A DNA stretch of 64,000 nucleotides from Capsulimonadaceae bacterium (GTDB lineage: Bacteria > Armatimonadota > Armatimonadia > Armatimonadales > Capsulimonadaceae): contig OZ244065.1 in the NCBI GenBank assembly GCA_965215505.1, forward strand, positions 544,001-608,000, written 5' to 3'. Shown here piece after piece: positions 28,928 to 38,097 of this stretch. Made by a program: the position numbers and the translations under genes. The notes below the pieces were generated by a model. That model saw only the letters and a list, made by a program, of their open reading frames with translations, searched no databases and was not told the DNA's origin. Within the stretch, counting starts at the first letter, position 1; each line of letters begins with the position of its first letter.

Positions 28928-30238
28928 CTAAAAGGTAGCCAGGGCGGAAACCAGGGCGTCTATGTCGGCTTTGGTGCGCTGCTCGGTGACGCAGAGCAGC
29001 ATGGCGTCGGCCATGTCTGGGTAATGCTGCCCGAGCGGCAGGCCGCCGATGATCCCCTGCGACAGCAGATGCTCGTTGATGCGGGTGGGGTCGGCGGGCG
29101 TCTTGACGACGAATTCTTTGAAGAACGCCCGGTCGGGGAAGGCCAGAGAATAGCCGGGCAGCTTCGCGATCTCGGCGGCGGCATAGTGCGCCTTCTGGAT
29201 GCACAGCTCGGCGACCTGAGTCATCCCCTGCTTGCCCATGGTCGCCATGTAAACCGAGGCGGCAAGGGCGTACAAAGCCTCGTTGGTGCAGATGTTGCTG
29301 GTCGCCCGCTCCCGGCGGATGTCCTGCTCGCGCGTCCGCAGGGTCATCACGAAGGCGCGCTTGCCGTCGCCGTCCTTTGTCTGGCCGACGATGCGGCCCG
29401 GCAGGCGGCGCATGAATTTGCTTTTGCAGGCGAAGAAGCCGAGCAGCGGCCCGCCGTAGCCCATCGGGCAGCCCAGGGCCTGGCCCTCGCCGACGACGAT
29501 GTCCGCGTCGTACTCGCCCGGCGGCGTCAGGAGGCCCAGCGAGATGGGGTCAACGCAGGCGATCATCAGGGCGCCTTTGGCATGGGCCGCCTCGGACCAG
29601 CGCGTCATGTCCTCCAGGGTGCCGAAGAAGGACGGCTGCTGGACGATGACGGCGGCCGTCTCGTCCCCCACCCCGCCCGCGTCCGTAATGATCTCGGCGC
29701 TCAGGTTCATGTGGCGCAGGTAGGTGTCCAGGACGTGCCGGTAGACCGGGTGGACCGAGCCGAGGACGGCCAGATTCTTCCGGCCCGTCAGCTCCCCGGC
29801 CATGATCGCGGCCTCGGCAAGAGCCGTCGCGCCATCGTACATGGAGGCGTTCGACACGTCCATGCCCAGGAGCTGGCAGAGGAGAGTCTGGAACTCGAAA
29901 ATGCTTTGCAGGACGCCCTGGCTCATCTCGGGCTGATACGGGGTGTAGGAGGTATAGAACTCGGACCGGCCCGTGATCGCGGCGACGGTCGGCGGGACGT
30001 AGTGGTCGTAAATGCCGGCCCCGAGGAAGCAGGGCGCTTCGTCCGCGTGGAGGTTCTTGGCCGACAGCCGTGTGAGGTGCTTCCCCAGAGTCATCTGGTC
30101 CATGCGGTGCGGGATGTTCATCTCGCCTTTGAATTGCAGCGAGGCGGGGATCGGCGCGAAGAGGTCGTCGAGTGTCTTGACGCCGATGGCACCCAGCATC
30201 TTCTCTCGGTCGGCATCCGTGTTGGGGATGTAGGACAT
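28928..30238 (-). CDS. gcvPA: Glycine dehydrogenase subunit 1
   Basis: YTPYQPEMSQG, NASMYDG, TREQDIRRERATSNICTN. Confidence 0.97.
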   Translation of the reverse strand: MSYIPNTDADREKMLGAIGVKTLDDLFAPIPASLQFKGEMNIPHRMDQMTLGKHLTRLSAKNLHADEAPCFLGAGIYDHYVPPTVAAITGRSEFYTSYTPYQPEMSQGVLQSIFEFQTLLCQLLGMDVSNASMYDGATALAEAAIMAGELTGRKNLAVLGSVHPVYRHVLDTYLRHMNLSAEIITDAGGVGDETAAVIVQQPSFFGTLEDMTRWSEAAHAKGALMIACVDPISLGLLTPPGEYDADIVVGEGQALGCPMGYGGPLLGFFACKSKFMRRLPGRIVGQTKDGDGKRAFVMTLRTREQDIRRERATSNICTNEALYALAASVYMATMGKQGMTQVAELCIQKAHYAAAEIAKLPGYSLAFPDRAFFKEFVVKTPADPTRINEHLLSQGIIGGLPLGQHYPDMADAMLLCVTEQRTKADIDALVSALATF

Positions 30239-30249
30239 GGACTGTCTTT

Positions 30250-30624
30250 CTAGAGTAAGGCTTCGTAGGCCGTGCTGTCGAGCAGTTCATCGGCATCGGC
30301 GGGCTGCGTCATCTTGATTTTGAGCATCCAGCCCCCCTCGTAAGGGGCATCGTTGACCGTCTCGGGGGCGTCGTTCAGGGCCTCATTGACGGCGACGACC
30401 TCGCCGCCGATGGGCGCGTAGAGGTCGGACACGGCCTTGATGCTCTCGATCTCGCCGAACTTCTCGCCCCGCTGGAGGACGCGGCCCACTTCCGGGAACA
30501 GGACCAGGGCGACATCCCCCAGCTCTTCCTGTGCGTGCTGGGTGATGCCGACTGTGGCGACATCCCCCTCGATTCTCGCCCACTCGTGGGTTTTGGCATA
30601 TTTCAGGTCAGACGGCTCGGGCAT
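30250..30624 (-). CDS. gcvH: Glycine cleavage system H protein
   Basis: YAKTHEW, ESIKAVSD lipoyl-Lys, PYEGGW. Confidence 0.97.
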   Translation of the reverse strand: MPEPSDLKYAKTHEWARIEGDVATVGITQHAQEELGDVALVLFPEVGRVLQRGEKFGEIESIKAVSDLYAPIGGEVVAVNEALNDAPETVNDAPYEGGWMLKIKMTQPADADELLDSTAYEALL

Positions 30625-30636
30625 AGGAAGACCTTT

Positions 30637-31710
30637 CTAGACTCCGTTCCGGTAGAACGGCAGGGGAACGACGGTGGCGGGCGCGCGCCGCCCGCGGATG
30701 TCCACGGCGACGCGCGTTCCGGGTTCGGCGAGGGCCGCGCGGAGCCGCGCCATCGCGATTCCGGCTTTGATCGTGGGCGACCAGGTGCCGCTCGTGGTCT
30801 GACCGGCCTCCCCGCCCTCGGCGTCATGAACGGCGTAATGCTCGCGCGGGATGGCGCGCTCATCCATCCGCAGTCCGACCAGCCGGTGGGAGGGCTTGCC
30901 GGCGGGCAGCGCGTCGCTCCCGACGAAGCGGCCCTTGCCGCGCTTGACGGCCCAGCCGACGCCCGACGCGAAGGGGCTTGTCTCGGCGTCAAGCTCGTGG
31001 CCGTAGAGGGGATAAGCGGCTTCCAGGCGCAGGACGTCACGCGCGCCCAGCCCGGCGGGCACCGCGCCTCGCTCCGTCAGCGTCCGCCAGAGCGTCGGGG
31101 CCTCCGCCCAGCCGCAGAAGATCTCGAAGCCGTCTTCGCCGGTGTAGCCCGTGCGCGAGAACGTCGCCGCCCCGCCCGAAAATGACAAGTCAGCGAATTG
31201 GAACCGGCCAAGATGCTCGACACCGCCGCCCACTAGGTCGCTCACGAGCGCGACGGCCTGCGGCCCCTGCACGGCGATCAGGGCCGTATCGTCGCTGATG
31301 TCCGTCAAGGTGAGGCCGGGCCTGCCCTCAGCCCGTGCTTGCAGCCAGACCCAATCTTTGTCTTTGCAGCCTGCATTCAGGACGATCAAGTAGTCGGCCT
31401 CGGCACGGCAGTAGACGATGATGTCGTCAATGATGCCGCCCTGCTCGTTCAGCAGGAGCGAGTACTGCGCCTTGCCGGGGGCTAATCGAGACACGTCGTT
31501 GCTGGTCACGGACTGCACGAAGTCGAACGCGCCCGGCCCCATCGCCGTCACCTCTCCCATGTGGGAGACGTCAAACAGGCCCGCACCCGAACGCACGGCG
31601 GCGACCTCGCCCACCGTCCCCGTGTAGGAGACGGGCATGTCCCAGCCGGCGAAGGGGACCATCGTCGCCCCCGCCGCCCGGTGCGTCTCGTGCAGTGAAG
31701 TCTTCTTCAT
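30637..31710 (-). CDS. gcvT: Aminomethyltransferase
   Basis: FAGWDMP, FDVSHMG, RTGYTGEDGFE, GARDVLRLEA. Confidence 0.97.
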   Translation of the reverse strand: MKKTSLHETHRAAGATMVPFAGWDMPVSYTGTVGEVAAVRSGAGLFDVSHMGEVTAMGPGAFDFVQSVTSNDVSRLAPGKAQYSLLLNEQGGIIDDIIVYCRAEADYLIVLNAGCKDKDWVWLQARAEGRPGLTLTDISDDTALIAVQGPQAVALVSDLVGGGVEHLGRFQFADLSFSGGAATFSRTGYTGEDGFEIFCGWAEAPTLWRTLTERGAVPAGLGARDVLRLEAAYPLYGHELDAETSPFASGVGWAVKRGKGRFVGSDALPAGKPSHRLVGLRMDERAIPREHYAVHDAEGGEAGQTTSGTWSPTIKAGIAMARLRAALAEPGTRVAVDIRGRRAPATVVPLPFYRNGV

Positions 31711-32420
31711 TCGCCCAGGTATGCTTTCTTGATGTCGTCATTCGCCAGCAGCGCCTTCGCCTCGTCGGCCATGACGATGTGGCCCGTTTCCAAAACGTAG
31801 CCCCGGTGAGCGACCCCGAGCGCCATGTGGGCGTTCTGCTCGACCAACAGGACCGTCGTCCCCTGCGCGTTGATGTCGCGGATGATGTTGAAGATGTCGC
31901 GCACCAGAAACGGGGCCAGCCCCAGCGACGGCTCATCCAGCAGCAGCAGCTTCGGGCGGGCCATCAGCGCACGGCCCATGGCGAGCATCTGCTGCTCGCC
32001 GCCCGAGAGCGTCCCGGCGTTCTGCCCGATGCGCTCTTTCAGGCGCGGGAAAAGCGACAGGGCGCGGTCGAAATCTTCACGGATGCCGGCCCGGTCGCGG
32101 CGGGTATACGCGCCGAGTTCCAGGTTCTCCCGCACGGACATGTTGGCGAAGACGCGGCGGCCCTCCGGAGAGTGGCCGATGCCCTTCTGAACGATCTTAT
32201 CGGCTGAGAGCGCAGTGATCTCGGCTCCCTCGAACACAACGCGCCCCTTGCCGGCCGGGACGAGGCCCGAAATGGCGCGCAATGTCGTACTCTTCCCCGC
32301 CCCGTTCGCGCCGATCAGCGTCACGATCTCGCCCGCCTGGATGGTCAGCGAGACGCCTTGCAGCGCGCGGATCGCGCCGTAGGACACTTCCACATTGTCA
32401 AGCGTCAGCATGTCCGTCAT
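31707..32420 (-). CDS. livF: Branched-chain amino acid ABC transporter ATPase
   Basis: [34 protein letters not shown]. Confidence 0.9.
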   Translation of the reverse strand: MTDMLTLDNVEVSYGAIRALQGVSLTIQAGEIVTLIGANGAGKSTTLRAISGLVPAGKGRVVFEGAEITALSADKIVQKGIGHSPEGRRVFANMSVRENLELGAYTRRDRAGIREDFDRALSLFPRLKERIGQNAGTLSGGEQQMLAMGRALMARPKLLLLDEPSLGLAPFLVRDIFNIIRDINAQGTTVLLVEQNAHMALGVAHRGYVLETGHIVMADEAKALLANDDIKKAYLGE

Positions 32421-32422
32421 GG

Positions 32423-33205
32423 TCAGGCCACGCTCGAAGCGGCTTCCGCCTCGCCCAGATACGCCTCAATGACCTTGGGGTTCTCGCGGACCTCGCGCGG
32501 CGTCCCCTGCGCGATGATCTGGCCGTAGTCCAGGACGAGGATGCGCCGGCAGATGCCCATGACGACCTTCATGTCGTGTTCGATGAGCAGGATAGTCAGC
32601 CCGAAGTCGTCCCGGAGGCTCTCGATCTGGCGCATCAGATCGTTCTTTTCCTGCGGGTTCATCCCCGCCGCCGGCTCGTCCAGGAGCAGCAGCTTCGGCC
32701 GCGTCGCCAGCGCGCGGGCGATCTCCAGCCGCCGCTGCTCCCCATAGGCCAGGTTTTTGGCGAATTCTTGTGCATACTTGCCCAGCCCGAAACGGTCCAA
32801 GAGCGCCTGGGACTGTTCCTTCACCTCCTGCTCCGCCGAGGCGAACCCACCGCCGCGCCAGATCGCGCCCCAGAGGGAGGGCTTGTAGTGCATGTGCGCG
32901 GCGGTACGCACGTTGTCCAGCACGGTCATCGAGGGGAAAAGTCGGATGTTCTGAAAGGTGCGGGAGATGCCTGCGGCGGCGATCTGGTAGGGCTTGTGTC
33001 CGGCGATGGACCGGCCCTGGAACTCGATGGAGCCGCTCGTGGGAGCATATACGCCCGTCAGCAGGTTGAACGCCGTGGTCTTGCCGGCCCCGTTGGGGCC
33101 GATCAGCCCGACCAGCTCGCCCGGCTCCAGTGCCAAGGTGAACTTGTTGACGGCGGTCAACCCGCCAAACTGTTTTGTGCAGTCCTGGACTTCGAGCAGC
33201 GGCAT
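32423..33205 (-). CDS. livG: Branched-chain amino acid ABC transporter ATPase
   Basis: GPNGAGKTT, RTFQNIRLF, LDEPAAG, VIEAYLG. Confidence 0.9.
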   Translation of the reverse strand: MPLLEVQDCTKQFGGLTAVNKFTLALEPGELVGLIGPNGAGKTTAFNLLTGVYAPTSGSIEFQGRSIAGHKPYQIAAAGISRTFQNIRLFPSMTVLDNVRTAAHMHYKPSLWGAIWRGGGFASAEQEVKEQSQALLDRFGLGKYAQEFAKNLAYGEQRRLEIARALATRPKLLLLDEPAAGMNPQEKNDLMRQIESLRDDFGLTILLIEHDMKVVMGICRRILVLDYGQIIAQGTPREVRENPKVIEAYLGEAEAASSVA

Positions 33206-33303
33206 GGGGCTATGTTACCCGAAATCGGCAGAGGCAGGCAAGGCATTGGCGCTTTTTCTTTTTGCGGGATGCGGGGCGGCGCGACCGGTGCCGCGCCCGT
33301 CCC

Positions 33304-33333
33304 TTGACAAACGGCGCGCGGGGCCGTTATAAT
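33304..33333 (+). promoter_or_regulatory. Sigma70-type promoter of the membrane operon
   Basis: TTGACA-18 nt-TATAAT. Confidence 0.75.
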
Positions 33334-33360
33334 GGGGCAACCTTTCCCGGATGACCCATT

Positions 33361-33843
33361 ATGGCGGTGCCCACACAAGCAACGACAATTCAGCCGCCGC
33401 CGACTCAGTCAACTTCTCAGGGAACTCCGCTGGCCTGGTCGGTTCACCTGCTCCGGCGGCAGCCCCGCCGCGCGGGTCGGCTCGCCCTGGCCCTTGCGGG
33501 CGTGTTCGTCCTGAGCCTGTGCCTGTTCCACTCCTTCTGGCTGGCGCTGCTGCCGGCCGCTGCGGTCCTCCTCTCCCTGTCGGAGTTCGCCTTTCCTGTC
33601 CAGTACACGCTGACGCCGCAGTCGGCAGCGGCGCGGCACGGCCTGACGTCGCTGGAGATCCGCTGGGCGGACGTCCGGCACGCCTACCTCACCGAGGAGG
33701 GCGTGAAACTCAGCCCACTGCGCGCGAAGAACTCCCGGTTCGAGTCGCTCCGGGGCGTCTATCTGCGCTTCGATGAGGACAACCGGGAGGCGGTCATCGC
33801 CGCCGTCCGGCGGTTCCGTCAGGAGGGCGCGGACGGTGCCTAA
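33361..33843 (+). CDS. Hypothetical membrane protein (2 TM plus small beta domain)
   Basis: Two hydrophobic helices then a PH-like beta pattern; follows the promoter. Confidence 0.7.
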   Translation: MAVPTQATTIQPPPTQSTSQGTPLAWSVHLLRRQPRRAGRLALALAGVFVLSLCLFHSFWLALLPAAAVLLSLSEFAFPVQYTLTPQSAAARHGLTSLEIRWADVRHAYLTEEGVKLSPLRAKNSRFESLRGVYLRFDEDNREAVIAAVRRFRQEGADGA

Positions 33844-34180
33844 CTCTCTGGGCCTGCTGGATTTCGAGTGGGACGCGCCGCTGTCCGAGGCCGACCGCGA
33901 TCGCCTGCTGGAACGGATGGTGGCCGCCGTCCACCGGTGGCGGCTGGAAGTCCCGGCCGTCCTGTTCCTGGAGTCGAGCGCGCCCCTGAGCTACATCGGC
34001 GGGCAGGGGCTGGTCGCTTTCTCGCCCCTGGTCGCCCCGCTGCTTCCGGGCGGCATCGCCGACGTCCAGCGGCTGAGTCAGCTCCTGGCGAACCCGGAGA
34101 ACGTGCGCCGCCTGATTGACCTGCTCAGTGACAGCGCCGAAAAAAAGGAACCGAAGGAACCGAATGCAGCACGCGAGTGA
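33836..34180 (+). CDS. Hypothetical protein
   Basis: SD AGGAGG before a GTG; overlaps both neighbours. Confidence 0.7.
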   Translation: MPNSLGLLDFEWDAPLSEADRDRLLERMVAAVHRWRLEVPAVLFLESSAPLSYIGGQGLVAFSPLVAPLLPGGIADVQRLSQLLANPENVRRLIDLLSDSAEKKEPKEPNAARE

Positions 34181-34964
34181 CAACTGGTGGGTGAGCGGAA
34201 TCGTCCTGCTGCTGGCCTTGATCATCATTTACAAGGTGACCTCAGCGCAGCGGGGCCGCGTGCCCTACATCCGGCGCATCGCCGGCCTGAACGCCATTGA
34301 CGAGGCCGTGGGCCGCGCGACCGAGATGGGCCGCCCCGTGATGATGGTGCCGGGCATCAGCGGCCTGGACGTGGTGACGCTCCAGGCGCTCTCGATCTTC
34401 GGCTACATCGCCCGCGCCGTCGCCCGGTTCGGCAACAAGAGCATCATCCCGACCATTGACCCCATCGTGACCGGCGTCGCCGAAGAAACCCTTCACGACG
34501 CCTACGCCGACGCGGGGCGGCCGGAGCTATATGACTCGGGCGACGTGCGGTATCTGACCGGCCAGCAGTTCGCCTTCGCCTCGGGCGTGGCGGGCATCCT
34601 CATCCGCGAGCGCGTGGCCGCGTCCTTCCTGTTCGGGGCGTTCTTCGCCGAATCGCTCATCTTCGCCGAGGTCGGCCAGCAGGTCGGGGCGGTGCAGGTG
34701 GCGGGCACGACCGAGACGAACCAGATCCCGTTCTTCATCGCCGCCTGCGATTACGTCATCATCGGCGACGAATTCTACGCGGCCAGCGCGTACCTGTCCC
34801 GTGACCCCACCCTATTGGGGAGCATCGTCGGCCAGGACTATTGCAAACTGCTCCTGCTGGCGATCATCCTGGTGGGGCTGGTCTGCGTCACCCTGCTGAA
34901 CGTGCCCGCCTTTGCACACGCCCCCATCCTGCACTGGGTCGTGGATTTCCTTAAGGTCAAGTAA
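34164..34964 (+). CDS. DUF6754-like membrane protein
   Basis: YIRRIAGLNAIDEAVGRATEMGRP, QIPFFIAACDY, IGDEFYAASAYLS. Confidence 0.75.
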   Translation: MQHASDNWWVSGIVLLLALIIIYKVTSAQRGRVPYIRRIAGLNAIDEAVGRATEMGRPVMMVPGISGLDVVTLQALSIFGYIARAVARFGNKSIIPTIDPIVTGVAEETLHDAYADAGRPELYDSGDVRYLTGQQFAFASGVAGILIRERVAASFLFGAFFAESLIFAEVGQQVGAVQVAGTTETNQIPFFIAACDYVIIGDEFYAASAYLSRDPTLLGSIVGQDYCKLLLLAIILVGLVCVTLLNVPAFAHAPILHWVVDFLKVK

Positions 34965-34972
34965 CCCCTCCG

Positions 34973-35845
34973 TTGAACACGCTCAAACAATTCTTCGCGC
35001 CGGTCCACGGCCACGGCGGCGCCTACTACGGTAAGCTCGGGCTGGGCCTGCTGATCATGTTCGCGTTCCTAGGTGCCTTGCAGGCCGCGCCGCGCCGGTC
35101 GCGCAAGGGCATCATCGCTTTCTTCACGTTCTTGGGCGGCCTGTTCTTCGCCACGGAGTTCTTCCTGCCGACCGACCCGAAGACGAACCTGAACGCGCTG
35201 ACCCCCTATCAGGACGTGGTCGCGAGCCTCACCGCCGTCGTCGCCTCGTTCGCCATCGGCCTGGGCGTCTTCTCGCTGATGCAGCTCCACACGCGCACCG
35301 TCGCCCGCGCCCGGCCCGGCTGGGGCTACAGCGTCGTCCTGATCGTCTCGTTCCTGCTGATGTTCTCGTTCGGTCTCCTGAACGCCTACAGCCCGAAGAC
35401 GAGGATCATCCCGGCCGTCCCCGGCGCGTGGGCGAGTCAGAACGCGCACGGTATGTTCCAGCTCCTGTTCAAAGGCGGGCTGAACAGCCTGACGTCGGCG
35501 ACCTTCGCCATGATCGCGTTCTACATCGCCTCCGCCGCCTACCGCGCCTTCCGCATCCGGTCGCTGGAGGCGACGCTGCTGATGGTCGCCGCGCTGATCG
35601 TCATGGTCGGCTCGGTCTCCTTCGGGACGGCGATCACGTCCGGCATCCAGCCGACGCTCGCCGACGGCTCGGAGAACCCCTGGGCAAACCTGCGGATCGA
35701 GCGCATCGCCCAATGGCTGCTGATGGAGATCAACACCCCCGCCCAGCGCGGAATCCTGTTCGGGCTGAACCTCGGGCTGCTGGCGACTTCCCTGCGTTAC
35801 TGGCTGAGTTTGGAGCGGGGGGCGTACTTCGACAAAGAACTATGA
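34973..35845 (+). CDS. Polytopic membrane protein of unknown function
   Basis: About 7 hydrophobic segments; FYIASAAYRAFRIRS motif; TTG start. Confidence 0.8.
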   Translation: MNTLKQFFAPVHGHGGAYYGKLGLGLLIMFAFLGALQAAPRRSRKGIIAFFTFLGGLFFATEFFLPTDPKTNLNALTPYQDVVASLTAVVASFAIGLGVFSLMQLHTRTVARARPGWGYSVVLIVSFLLMFSFGLLNAYSPKTRIIPAVPGAWASQNAHGMFQLLFKGGLNSLTSATFAMIAFYIASAAYRAFRIRSLEATLLMVAALIVMVGSVSFGTAITSGIQPTLADGSENPWANLRIERIAQWLLMEINTPAQRGILFGLNLGLLATSLRYWLSLERGAYFDKEL

Positions 35846-36717
35846 ACACTACTTTTTGGGACCGCCTACAGTCCATTGACCGGCGCATCATCTACGCCAT
35901 CCTGCTGGGCGTCATCCTGATTCCCCTGTTCTTCCCGATCACGCTGCCGACCTTCCCGAGCCAGCAGTCGCAGGACTTCTATGACACGGTCGAACGTGTC
36001 GCCAAAGAGAGTCCGAACAAGATGGTGATCCTCGACGGCTGGTGGTCGCCCAGCACGCGCGGCGAGAACCAGTGGGAGGCGCAGGCGGTCGTGACGCACC
36101 TGATGAAGCGACACCTGCACTTCGCCATCCTGTCGTTCGACACGCAGAACAACACGGTCACGCAGACGCAGGTGGTGGAGCCTCTGGCCCAGCGCTACGG
36201 CTATGTCTACGGCCGGGACTATGTGAACTGGGGGTTCCGGCCCTCGCCGAGTTATGAAGCCACCCTTAAAGGGCTGGTGACCGACATCCCGCACACGCTG
36301 AAGAAAGACTACAAGGGGACGCCGCTCGACCAGATCCCGGTGATGAAGGGGATCAAGACGCGCGACGACATCGGCGCGGTGGTCGAGGTCACCCCGAGCG
36401 GGACGGCGGAGAAGTGGCTAGGTCTGTTCGAGCAGAACAACAACCCCCCATTCCTGTTCGCCCCGACCGCCGTCATGGCCCCCACCTATTACCCCTATCT
36501 GGACACCAAGCAGATCGCCGGGATGCTGACCGGCATCAAGGGCGCGGGCGACTATGAGGGGCTGCTGATCAATGCGAAGATCCTGGACAAACCGAGCTTC
36601 GGCACGCGGGCGGCGGGCGCGCTCTCGCTCGTCTACGCGCTGATCATCCTGCTGATCATCCTGGGCAACATCGGCTATTATGCCGGACGGGCCGCGCAGC
36701 GGAGGGGCGAGCGATGA
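35842..36717 (+). CDS. Membrane-anchored protein of unknown function
   Basis: N- and C-terminal TM helices around a soluble alpha/beta domain (YGRDYVNWGF, GAGDYE); ATGA overlap. Confidence 0.8.
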   Translation: MNTTFWDRLQSIDRRIIYAILLGVILIPLFFPITLPTFPSQQSQDFYDTVERVAKESPNKMVILDGWWSPSTRGENQWEAQAVVTHLMKRHLHFAILSFDTQNNTVTQTQVVEPLAQRYGYVYGRDYVNWGFRPSPSYEATLKGLVTDIPHTLKKDYKGTPLDQIPVMKGIKTRDDIGAVVEVTPSGTAEKWLGLFEQNNNPPFLFAPTAVMAPTYYPYLDTKQIAGMLTGIKGAGDYEGLLINAKILDKPSFGTRAAGALSLVYALIILLIILGNIGYYAGRAAQRRGER

Positions 36718-37406
36718 GCCTCCTGGAACACCTCCGGTACTTCTTCAACCCCATCCTGCTCTTCGGCGCGCTGGGGACGATGGCGATCCTCTCGCTGGTC
36801 TTCAAGGAGAACCGCTTCTACCGGCTGTTTGAACACATCTTCCTGGGACTCGCGCTGGGCTATGACCTGGAGTTCACCTGGACGACGGTCTTGAGGCCGC
36901 AGTGGTGGGACCCCATGACTCAGGAAGGCCAGTGGGCCTGGATCATGGTCCTGCCGGTCGGCCTGATGTTCTACGGCGTCTACACCCAGCGGTTCGCGTG
37001 GATGAGCCGGGTGATCTTCGGCATCTTCTTCGGGGTGGCGGCCGGGACCATCTTCCAGGACTTCAGCGCCCGCGTCATGCCCCAGGTGACGCGGTCGTTC
37101 TCACCGGGCAAGTCCCTGATCCCCCCGCCACCCAAGCCCGGCGACCCGCATGCATTCCTGCACCAGATGTCGTTCGTCCTGAACAACGCCCTGTTCCTGG
37201 CGATCGTCGTCTCGGTGCTGGTCTACTTCCTGTTCGCCTTCGAGCAAAGAAATAGGGCCGTCCGAGGGACGGCCCAGTTCGGGCGGTGGGTGCTGATGTT
37301 CGCGTTCGGCGCGATCTTCGGCTCGACGATCATGACGCGCATGGCCCTGCTCATCGACCGGATGTACTTCCTGTTCCACGACTGGCTGCACCTGGTCAAA
37401 GGCTGA
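36714..37406 (+). CDS. Polytopic membrane protein of unknown function
   Basis: KENRFYRLFEHIFLG, FGAIFGSTIMTR; about 6 TM; ATGA overlap. Confidence 0.8.
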   Translation: MSLLEHLRYFFNPILLFGALGTMAILSLVFKENRFYRLFEHIFLGLALGYDLEFTWTTVLRPQWWDPMTQEGQWAWIMVLPVGLMFYGVYTQRFAWMSRVIFGIFFGVAAGTIFQDFSARVMPQVTRSFSPGKSLIPPPPKPGDPHAFLHQMSFVLNNALFLAIVVSVLVYFLFAFEQRNRAVRGTAQFGRWVLMFAFGAIFGSTIMTRMALLIDRMYFLFHDWLHLVKG

Positions 37407-37413
37407 GGCCGTC

Positions 37414-37812
37414 TCAGACGCCGAGCTGGTCCGGGCGCGAAGGGGACTGCGGGCGCAGGCGGGCCTGGCGCTGGGCCAGACGCAGGTCGCGGCCGGCCTG
37501 GAAGCCGCTCCACCAGTTCCGGCAGCCCTCCGCCACCGTCTGCCAGCGCGAGCGCGGGCGCGGCAGCCCGAAGTCGCCCAGCTTCCGCATCTTCCGCGCG
37601 GTCACATGCTCCAAACGGACCTCCTCGTACCGCGTTTCCAGGCGCTGCCAGGCAAGGGCGACAGTGCGCTCATCCCGGCTGAATTCGCCGCTCCAGCCGC
37701 AGGTCCAGCACTCGGCGTTTTCCTGGTGGTTGAGCGTGCCGCAGAGGGCGCAAAGCTTGACCGCTTCTTTGGAGACTTTATTGGGGAGTTTGTTAAAGAC
37801 TTTGCCGACCAT
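37414..37812 (-). CDS. Small zinc-ribbon protein
   Basis: CALCGTLN...CWTCG; SD AAGGAAG. Confidence 0.65.
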   Translation of the reverse strand: MVGKVFNKLPNKVSKEAVKLCALCGTLNHQENAECWTCGWSGEFSRDERTVALAWQRLETRYEEVRLEHVTARKMRKLGDFGLPRPRSRWQTVAEGCRNWWSGFQAGRDLRLAQRQARLRPQSPSRPDQLGV

Positions 37813-38097
37813 GTTGACTTCCTTCTAAGCAGCGGGCACGTCCGCCTTTGGCCGTGCCGCTGGTTCGCTTATACCCGCTTTGCCGCGAAATGCTTCCGTA
37901 TTTTTACCGGGCCTGGCCTGGCCTCGCCCGCGCGTTGTCCTGGCGATATTATTGCCTGCCTGCGCCGGTTTCTGTAGGTCCAGACTCCCCCCGTTTCCTT
38001 CTGCTTGACTTTTGGCCGTCAAAGGAAGTATACTGTCCCGCGTGTCTCCCGGTTGAGCCAAATACACGCCCCTTTTGATTCATTAATCTACTAAGCG

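Noticed and set aside
28205-30253. 682-aa plus-strand ORF and similar long antisense ORFs (for example 41867..43588, 38122..39594, 11913..13307, 61935..63392)
   Set aside because: Shadow frames opposite well-supported genes, expected in high-GC DNA; no recognisable motifs
31700-33300. Glycine riboswitch for the gcv operon
   Set aside because: gcvT overlaps livF, and the short region upstream of livG shows no glycine aptamer motif
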